Below, piece by piece: positions 57,703 through 64,000 of a stretch of 64,000 nucleotides of DNA; the first letter of the stretch is position 1, and the number at the start of each line of letters is the position of its first letter. The translations under genes were made by a program, and so were the position numbers. Source of the stretch: an uncultured Candidatus Saccharibacteria bacterium (GTDB lineage: Bacteria; Patescibacteriota; Minisyncoccia; Phycocordibacterales; UBA2100); assembly GCA_964434285.1 (NCBI GenBank), contig CAYSUJ010000001.1:304564-368563 (forward strand), read 5' to 3'. Under the pieces are notes generated by a model. It was not told the origin of the DNA. It saw only the letters and a list, made by a program, of their open reading frames with translations, and searched no databases.

Positions 57703-58854
57703 TTATCCCTTCCGGAGCTCGCGCAATGCAAGCCCCACAGGCACTGCAAAACCCGGGCCAATTGCCTGGAGAACTTGATCTAGAAATGCAGGCGCCTCAG
57801 TACGACCGAATGGATTTGCAATTTCAACCTGCGCATTTAAAGCCTGATTTGCAAACGCCTGCAACCCGGGCAACGACGCTCCTCCTCCGGAAAGCAGTAC
57901 GTGCGAAACATCCTTATTGTATCGCTTCCCGTAGCTCAATAGTACCCTATCTACCTCTCCAAAGAGGCGCTCGAGTGTGGATAGGAGCGACTGCTTAACC
58001 TTGTCATTCTCGTCGACTGAAAATGCCGAAGAACTCGTAAGGCCACGCTCACGCTTGATTCGCTCTGCCTTGTCGAAATCCCAAGAAAGTGAACGTGCGA
58101 GGGTTTCTGTCATCTGCTGACCGCCTATTGTCGCGAGGTGCGTCATGCGCACGACGCCGCGCTCGACCACATACATCTTCGTAGTCGAAGCGCCAAGATC
58201 AATAACAAGGACGGGCGCGATGCCGTGTCCAAGGGAACTTCGTATAGCACTGAAGATCTCAATCTCATAGAAATGAGTGGAGAGCCCTGCACCAGTCGCG
58301 ATCGTTTGGTAATTCCGCACCGTATCATTGTGAATCGCGACAAGGAGCACTTCCTGCCCCTTGCTCTGCAACGCCGTTTTTCCCTGTATGCGATCGAAAG
58401 CGGCATCGGTTGCCTCCTCTGGGGGGATCACAAACCAATCAAGCATTACTTCGGAGACCTGCACAGGAATATACTTTCGCGCTTCGATCGGGATCATTTG
58501 TTTCAAGTGCTCAGGATCAGTTTTAGGGAGATCCAGAATAGAAACGAGGCTCGAAGAAAAGGGGATCGATATTCCCGCCGATTTAGCGGTTACATTCGCT
58601 TCGCGCATCAGATCCAGAAGTGCCTCAGTAAGCGTCTCCGGCGAAAGCTTTACCGCCTTCCCCACCGACTCTTTCGCGTACGGACCAAGCGCGATCTCGC
58701 CATAAGTTTCCAAAACAGCAGCACCGTGCGCCGAGCGCAGCTGTACCACTTTCGCAGAAGCGGCACCAATATCAACGCCAACAACACTGCTCTCGGAGGT
58801 TCCGGTCAGTGCACCAGTTAACTTTTGCGCAAGCGTCCCTAGCGATAGCGCCAT
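57703..58854 (-). CDS. pilM: type IV pilus assembly protein PilM
   Basis: GVDIGA.SAKVV, EARKYIP, IDLGASTT, LSGGG..LPGL, NPF, GLALR. Confidence 0.92.
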   Translation of the reverse strand: MALSLGTLAQKLTGALTGTSESSVVGVDIGAASAKVVQLRSAHGAAVLETYGEIALGPYAKESVGKAVKLSPETLTEALLDLMREANVTAKSAGISIPFSSSLVSILDLPKTDPEHLKQMIPIEARKYIPVQVSEVMLDWFVIPPEEATDAAFDRIQGKTALQSKGQEVLLVAIHNDTVRNYQTIATGAGLSTHFYEIEIFSAIRSSLGHGIAPVLVIDLGASTTKMYVVERGVVRMTHLATIGGQQMTETLARSLSWDFDKAERIKRERGLTSSSAFSVDENDKVKQSLLSTLERLFGEVDRVLLSYGKRYNKDVSHVLLSGGGASLPGLQAFANQALNAQVEIANPFGRTEAPAFLDQVLQAIGPGFAVPVGLALRELRKG

Positions 58855-58869
58855 GACTCCAGTATATCA

Positions 58870-59193
58870 CTACAAAGCATCAATCTTCGCTGCAATGATA
58901 AAGTCATTCTCCGAAAGCCCCTGCACGGCATGGGTGGAAAGTTCAATTTCAACGTGCCCCCAGGAAAGCGAGATGTCTGGGTGGTGCCCTTCGTCTTCGG
59001 AAAGTGCGGCAACTTTCGCGACGAAATCAAATGCGTGCTTAAAATCGGGAAATTTGAATTCTTTTGAGATCGCGCGGGCGCCCGGCCAGAGCGTCCAGCC
59101 GGAAATACTTTTGAAAAGCGCCTCGGCCTGCTGCACCGGAAGCGGTGGACCGCCGACTTCACAGGGTATGCACTTTTTCTGCGTCAAATCCAT
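58870..59193 (-). CDS. phhB: pterin-4-alpha-carbinolamine dehydratase
   Basis: C.PCE.G, EGHHPDI, STHAVQGLSENDFIIAAKID. Confidence 0.92.
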   Translation of the reverse strand: MDLTQKKCIPCEVGGPPLPVQQAEALFKSISGWTLWPGARAISKEFKFPDFKHAFDFVAKVAALSEDEGHHPDISLSWGHVEIELSTHAVQGLSENDFIIAAKIDAL

Positions 59194-59207
59194 GTGATAA
59201 TCGTAGC

Positions 59208-59873
59208 ATGCTCCGCCTCTTCAGGGAGGTTGCGAATTTTTTCCAGAGCGCGCTTGATATCGTATTGCCACGCAAGGAGCGTGCTGTCCGCACATCTGGA
59301 TACACGAGTGAGACACTCCCCATCTCCCCGCTCGCGCAAATATATGGCGGCGTTTCTATCACCTCTCTCCTTTCCTATCAAAACCAGGCGGTCGAAGATT
59401 GCATCCGTGCACTCAAATACGACGCCTCCACAGCTGCGGCGAATATACTCGCCGAGATCCTTGCAGAATATCTTCGCGAAGAAATCGCTCAGATCCGGGC
59501 ATTTAGTGCACAGCCTGTTTTGCTGGTACCCATTCCACTTCATACGCGCCGATTCCGTGAACGCGGCTTCAATCAAGTGGCGCTCGTCCTTGAGCGTTTG
59601 CCAAAAGAATTTCATGACGGCGAGCTCGCGACACTCGCATTCAGCATCATCGCACGCGTACGCGAAACCGCGCCACAAACACGCCTCCCGCGTGCCGAAC
59701 GTTTGGAGAACGTGAAAAACGCGTTTGCACTTGCTGAGAGCGATGCCGCACAACATTCCCACATAATTTTGATCGACGACGTGACAACGACGGGCGCGAC
59801 GCTTTTTGAAGCGTCGCGCCCGCTTGAGCGCATTCACGCATCATTTACCTTAATCGCACTTGCGCGAGCCTAA
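59208..59873 (+). CDS. comF: ComF-family phosphoribosyltransferase-like competence protein
   Basis: LKY, PIPLH..R.RERGFNQ, R.ENVKNAF, LIDDVTTTGATL; no N-terminal zinc finger. Confidence 0.88.
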   Translation: MLRLFREVANFFQSALDIVLPRKERAVRTSGYTSETLPISPLAQIYGGVSITSLLSYQNQAVEDCIRALKYDASTAAANILAEILAEYLREEIAQIRAFSAQPVLLVPIPLHTRRFRERGFNQVALVLERLPKEFHDGELATLAFSIIARVRETAPQTRLPRAERLENVKNAFALAESDAAQHSHIILIDDVTTTGATLFEASRPLERIHASFTLIALARA

Positions 59874-59926
59874 GCACGCGATATGAAAAGTGGCCGCACG
59901 TATACTCGCGCGGCCGCTCGTATCAC

Positions 59927-60139
59927 TCAGAGTTTTGTCCACTCTCCTGCAGGAATTTCGGCACTCGCGTTCGACGAGCGCGACGAGAGAACAAGCGCTC
60001 CGTTCGCCAGAACGAGCCACTCAATGCGCCCGTCTTTCGGCGGATCCTTCTGGAATTCGAGACAACTCCGAAGACCAGCCTCCGTGAGACGGTGTGTTTT
60101 ATCGAGAACGAATTCTTTGTGGTCTTTGCCCTGTTCCAT
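59927..60139 (-). CDS. hypothetical protein (70 aa)
   Basis: GGAG SD upstream; no recognised motif. Confidence 0.35.
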   Translation of the reverse strand: MEQGKDHKEFVLDKTHRLTEAGLRSCLEFQKDPPKDGRIEWLVLANGALVLSSRSSNASAEIPAGEWTKL

Positions 60140-60183
60140 TCGATAGTCTCCAAGCTATGACGACTATTTAGACTATGCGCGCA

Positions 60184-60870
60184 TTAAGCATTTTGCGCAA
60201 GCAGCCGACCCAGATGTTCCACCAACTCATCCGAAGAACTCGCCCACATAGGCGCTTTACTTTTCACTGCCTCGCGCACGACATTTGCCCCGAATCCGAC
60301 AAACATATCGACGGCACCCGCGGTGTATGCTGCGAGATCATTGGCCCCGTCGCCGACAAGCACCGCATAGGCTATGTCATCTCGCGCCCGTACGACTTGG
60401 ATCGCAGCCGTCTTCCCTGAATCGGTCCACAGCAAACTGCTCTCGAGCGGATGCACGAATGTACCGTGCGTATCGAACACGGGAATATTGGTGAGCACTC
60501 TCTCTTCAGGAACGTGAAGCGCGCGCGCTGTTGGGGCAACCGATTCACGAAAGCCGCCACTCACGATGTAGGTACGAGTGCCACTCTGCTCGAGCTCCGC
60601 AAAGACATCCTGCATGCCCGTTGTTATGTGTTTTTTCAGTTCCTTGCCAACAATCTCAAAGTCAGTGCATGCCAGCGAGATCGTGGCGAGCCGCTTCGTC
60701 ACCGACTGCGTAAAGGGAAGTTTTCCCTCCATACCAAGATTCGTTATCTCCTCGATCTCCCGTACGACGCGGTCGCGCTCAGGATGTGTTGCGAGTGCGT
60801 ACGCAATCGTCTCGTCCAGAGATTCCTTTGTCACGACAGTCGAATCAAAATCAAAAAGGACAGCTCTCAT
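60184..60870 (-). CDS. HAD-IB phosphatase (phosphoserine-phosphatase-like)
   Basis: FDFDST, T..GMEG, IVSGGF, GK, VGDGAND. Confidence 0.88.
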   Translation of the reverse strand: MRAVLFDFDSTVVTKESLDETIAYALATHPERDRVVREIEEITNLGMEGKLPFTQSVTKRLATISLACTDFEIVGKELKKHITTGMQDVFAELEQSGTRTYIVSGGFRESVAPTARALHVPEERVLTNIPVFDTHGTFVHPLESSLLWTDSGKTAAIQVVRARDDIAYAVLVGDGANDLAAYTAGAVDMFVGFGANVVREAVKSKAPMWASSSDELVEHLGRLLAQNA

Positions 60871-60948
60871 CACGCGATATTAGCGCATGATTCTAACCTT
60901 CGCCATTACGTGAAGAACAAGACACTTTATGATAGTCTTCTCTCACAC

Positions 60949-61040
60949 GGAGAGGTGGCTGAGTGGTCGAAAGCGGCACGGTGCTAACGTGTTAGGCGGG
61001 TAAAACTGTCTCCAGGGTTCGAATCCCTGCCTCTCCGCCA
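60949..61040 (+). tRNA. tRNA-Ser(GCT)
   Basis: GGAGAGG acceptor stem, GT-GCT-AA anticodon loop, long variable arm, TTCGAAT, encoded CCA. Confidence 0.95.
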
Positions 61041-61101
61041 GTGATTTTAGGGCTTAGATAAAGATGTTTTAGAACAGGGGATTGAGGGGATTCGAACTTA
61101 C

Positions 61102-61620
61102 ATGAACAGCATTCAAACAACAGACGAATATCTCGACTTGGTTGATTAACACGATCAAGTTATTGGGAAGAAAAAGCGATCGGAAGTATATGCCGAACAT
61201 CTGTCGAATTTTCGAGTTGTAAATGCGTTTGTTGTAAATTCCAAAGGCGAGATTTGGATACCAAGACGAGCTGCGAATAAAAGAATCTTCCCGCTCTGTT
61301 TAGACATGAGCATGGGAGGCCATGTAGAAAGTGGAGAAACTTACGAACAGACGCTTAAGCGCGAGACACAAGAAGAACTCAATATTAATACTGATCAGGC
61401 TCAAGTGCGTCTGCTCGGACATCTCACTCCTTAAAAAGATGGAGTCTCTGCTTTTATGAATGTGTACGAAATTAAGGTGGAAGAAGCTCCTGATTACAAC
61501 AAAGACGATTTTATCGAGTATTTTTGGCTCGCACCAAAAGCCTTATATGAAAGAATTGCTCAGGGAGAAAAAACCAAGGGAGACCTACCGACCCTCGTAA
61601 AAACCTTTTATGATGTCTAA
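61102..61620 (+). pseudogene. Nudix hydrolase (IPP-isomerase-like) with two in-frame TAA
   Basis: EYLDLVD*HDQVIG...GGHVESGETYEQTLKRETQEELNI...HLTP*KDG; stops at 61147 and 61432, no frameshift. Confidence 0.85.
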
Positions 61621-61780
61621 ACAAGTAAAAAAGAGTGTAAATATCTGGCCTGAACGTCTTGCAGAGCTTCGCCGAGTAACCATCATCGAATCTGCTAGTG
61701 CATCCACTCGTCTTGAAGGTTCAAAGCTTTCCGACAAAGAAGTCGGACAGATCGCTAATATTGTTTTTGGGCAAAAGTAG
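61613..61780 (+). CDS. 55-aa protein resembling a Fic N-terminal inhibitory helix or a VbhA-like antitoxin (or a Fic remnant)
   Basis: LRRVTIIESASASTRLEGSKLSDKEV contains (S/T)xxxE(G/N); start overlaps the Nudix stop. Confidence 0.5.
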   Translation: MSKQVKKSVNIWPERLAELRRVTIIESASASTRLEGSKLSDKEVGQIANIVFGQK

Positions 61781-61937
61781 GGATTTCGAAAAGCTCTGGC
61801 TTTTCTCGATATATTCGTCTGAGATTCCGTATGATCTTATCAATCTGACTGAAATTGAGCCGCTTCGGTTCTAATTTCGGGACACCGCCACCGCAAAAAT
61901 AACGAGCGCAAAGCGCAGCTTTGCGCGACTATATTTT

Positions 61938-62204
61938 TGCAGGAAGAGGCAGGGATTCGAAGGCGAGCCCGAGGATCCGTTCAGCAGAACGGATCGGGCG
62001 AGCGTGATCAGGCGGAGAAAAATTGTGACGACAATTTTTCGAGCGCTTGACCGAATCTCACCACTTCACGCTAGGGATTCGAAAGGCGGAGCGATGTTTT
62101 GCGAGTATGCAAAACCCCGCCTGCCGGCAGGCGCGTGCCAGGTTCGTGCGGCATAAAGTGCGGCGGCACTTTTGAACGTCTGACCGAGTCCCCACCTCTT
62201 CGCA
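61938..62204. repeat. composite hairpin element with tRNA-Ser 3'-end-derived termini
   Basis: AGAGGCAGGGATTCGAA is the reverse complement of the tRNA 3' end; two GGGATTCGAA...GACCGA(A/G)TC units with internal hairpins. Confidence 0.7.
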
Positions 62205-62215
62205 AAACTACGCTG

Positions 62216-62470
62216 TTATTTCTGCTTCCACCGCGGAGCGAATCGCGCAATGAATGCAAATAGGTGTGCTTTAAATACATTTTCTCCCCGCGCGGTAATA
62301 GCCGCAATCATCGCCTTTTTAAACCCCGCGTAATCAGTCCCCTCGTAACGCAGTCTCTGCTCTGAAAAACAATACGAGCAATATTTTTCATGCTCGCGTG
62401 CTGGGCCTTTCGGATCTTTCGAAAACGGCATCAGGCAACTTTCACACATGCCCGAGAGCGGCTGTCCCAT
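62216..62470 (-). CDS. putative zinc-ribbon domain protein
   Basis: CESCLMP...YCSYCF...PRW. Confidence 0.75.
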   Translation of the reverse strand: MGQPLSGMCESCLMPFSKDPKGPAREHEKYCSYCFSEQRLRYEGTDYAGFKKAMIAAITARGENVFKAHLFAFIARFAPRWKQK

Positions 62471-62473
62471 AAA

Positions 62474-62812
62474 CTACGGCAACACTTTCCCGATTAGCCA
62501 CGAGATCAGTGAAAGTACGATCGCCCCGAGAAGTGCGGGCACAAATCCATCGACATCAAACCCGGGCACTATGAGCTCCATGCCCCAGAAGAGTAGTGCA
62601 TTGAGTACGAACGAGAACAACCCGAGTGTCACGATCGTGAGCGGGAGCGTGAGAACCTGTAAGACGGGGCGGATCACAGAAACAACAACCGACCACACAA
62701 GACTCACCAAAAGGAGTGTCACCCATCCATCAGCAACCGAAATGCCTGGCACAAGATTGACAGTTAAATACACCGCCACAGCTACAGCAAGAATCCGTAA
62801 TATGAAGTTCAT
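62474..62812 (-). CDS. YvlD/phage-holin-4 family membrane protein
   Basis: IRPVL..LTLPLTIVTLGLF.FVLNA, PGF.V.GF..ALLGAIV. Confidence 0.88.
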   Translation of the reverse strand: MNFILRILAVAVAVYLTVNLVPGISVADGWVTLLLVSLVWSVVVSVIRPVLQVLTLPLTIVTLGLFSFVLNALLFWGMELIVPGFDVDGFVPALLGAIVLSLISWLIGKVLP

Positions 62813-62826
62813 ACATGTAGTATGGC

Positions 62827-62860
62827 AAAGAAAAAACCCTGCGCAACCAGGGTTCTTTCT
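62827..62860 (-). terminator. intrinsic terminator
   Basis: AACCCTG...CAGGGTT hairpin with an A-tract on plus (U-tract on minus). Confidence 0.6.
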
Positions 62861-62875
62861 CGACTTGCATCCGGA

Positions 62876-62998
62876 CTACATCGACTCCTCAACTTCCTCC
62901 CCGGAATCACCGTCTCCCTCTTCATCGGTATCAACTTCTTCTGCCATCTCGTCGATAGCATTTGGATCCAACACCGAATCATCGTGGTCATCACTCAT
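62876..62998 (-). CDS. 40-aa highly acidic peptide
   Basis: MSDDHDDSVLDPNAIDEMAEEVDTDEEGDGDSGEEVEESM*, followed by a terminator. Confidence 0.5.
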   Translation of the reverse strand: MSDDHDDSVLDPNAIDEMAEEVDTDEEGDGDSGEEVEESM

Positions 62999-63131
62999 AG
63001 GCCCGTACCGTTTACTGGTAAACACCGCTATCGTAACGGGCGTAGGATTACATGCAAGTGGACAAGGTTGTTGAAATTGTGGATAAAAAAAACATCCTCG
63101 CGTAACATACGTCACCCGGTACAATACCGGT

Positions 63132-64000
63132 ATGTATCCCGATGACGAAATCGCGCACCACTTTCGACTCATGGCGCCACAGGTTAGCGCATTACGCCGG
63201 CTTGAAATATATACTATTCGCGATCTTCTCTATCATTTCCCCTCCCGATTCGAGCGCGCAGGGTCATCCGGCACCACTAGCACTCTCGTCCCGGGCGCGA
63301 AGGTGACGCTTATGGGCGAGCTCGGAAAGCTCGAAGCGAAAAAACTCTGGAGGAGCCGTCGCGCGGCAACCGAGGGATGGTTTTCAGACGCGCACGGCAA
63401 GGTGAAGGTAATGTGGTTTAACCAACCCTACATCGCAAAGATGGCGCCCCAGGGCATGTTGGTCAAACTGACGGGCACTGTGGGCGGCTCGACAGATCGC
63501 CCCTACATCTCAAACCCAGAAGTCGTTGCACTCCCCGCAGGTACGGTTGTCGAAGAAGGTCTTTTTGAATCTCCTAGCACCTCACCCCTAGAACCTAGCA
63601 CCTCTCTTTTCCCCATCTACCCCGAAACGCGCGGCATCACCTCCAAGTGGTTTTATCACGCTCTGAAGCGTATCTTCAGCGCCCGCGCGCACGAGCATAT
63701 TCTCGACCCGCTTCCCGAGGATATCCGCACTCGCTATCACTTGCCCGACATCGCAACGTCGCTCATCTACATGCACACACCGGAGGATGAGAAGCACACC
63801 GTCGCGGCACGCAAGCGTTTCGCGTTTGAAGAGATATTCTCGATCCATGTAGCGCGCGCGCGCGAACGCGCTGAAAACACATTACAACCATCATTCCGCC
63901 TCGAAGAGGCGCGCGCGCTCGCAGAACGCTTTCTCGATGCCGCACCGTTTACACCAACTGGCGCGCAGCGTCGAGCAGTACGCGAGATCACACTCGACAT
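63132..64000 (+). CDS. recG: ATP-dependent DNA helicase RecG, 3'-truncated by window edge
   Basis: IYTIRDLLYHFPSRFE, WFNQPY, PIYPET.G, ARKRFAFEE, PFTPTGAQ; TACAAT 6 nt before ATG. Confidence 0.92.
   Translation, partial: MYPDDEIAHHFRLMAPQVSALRRLEIYTIRDLLYHFPSRFERAGSSGTTSTLVPGAKVTLMGELGKLEAKKLWRSRRAATEGWFSDAHGKVKVMWFNQPYIAKMAPQGMLVKLTGTVGGSTDRPYISNPEVVALPAGTVVEEGLFESPSTSPLEPSTSLFPIYPETRGITSKWFYHALKRIFSARAHEHILDPLPEDIRTRYHLPDIATSLIYMHTPEDEKHTVAARKRFAFEEIFSIHVARARERAENTLQPSFRLEEARALAERFLDAAPFTPTGAQRRAVREITLD

Noticed and set aside
1-64000. Alternative genetic code (TGA=Gly, or TAA/TAG recoding), suggested by the in-frame stops at 5578, 61147 and 61432
   Set aside because: Core genes are uninterrupted under code 11 and end in TAA, TAG or TGA at expected positions; RF1 has normal PxT and GGQ motifs.
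1-64000. CRISPR array, rRNA, prophage or integrase
   Set aside because: No regularly spaced direct repeats, rRNA-like sequence, phage structural genes or recombinase motifs seen. The holin-family gene at 62474 is a common chromosomal membrane protein.

Overview
The window looks like chromosome from a Candidate Phyla Radiation (Patescibacteria, Parcubacteria-like) bacterium using genetic code 11. The taxonomy is inferred from compact core proteins (EF-Ts, ThrRS, PheS/PheT, SMC), a NusB-Nudix fusion and a type IV pilus block. Core genes include rpoD, dnaG, rpoC, rpoB, trmD, khpA, rpsP, smc, rnc, nusB, rpmF, rnhB, dnaE, thrS, gyrB, pheS, pheT, tsf, rpsB, prfA, rpmE, pilMNO/pilB, comF and a partial recG, plus tRNA-Thr(TGT) and tRNA-Ser(GCT). 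Accessory content: two very large ORFans between smc and rnc; a RAYT-type HUH transposase bracketed by GTAG palindromes; a cell-surface cluster (31.7-41.3 kb) with two IPYTG+TM proteins, a sortase, an L,D-transpeptidase, Cys-rich secreted micro-domains and a protease; a GIY-YIG gene with terminal inverted repeats; and a decayed cassette with tRNA-end-derived repeats after tRNA-Ser. The strongest unexplained signals are (1) a two-copy structured ~120-nt element with covarying stems, each copy flush against a stop codon, (2) pervasive leaderless-gene architecture in core genes versus Shine-Dalgarno-led ORFans, and (3) the sortase/IPYTG surface system. All product calls come from motif recognition by eye, with no database searches.
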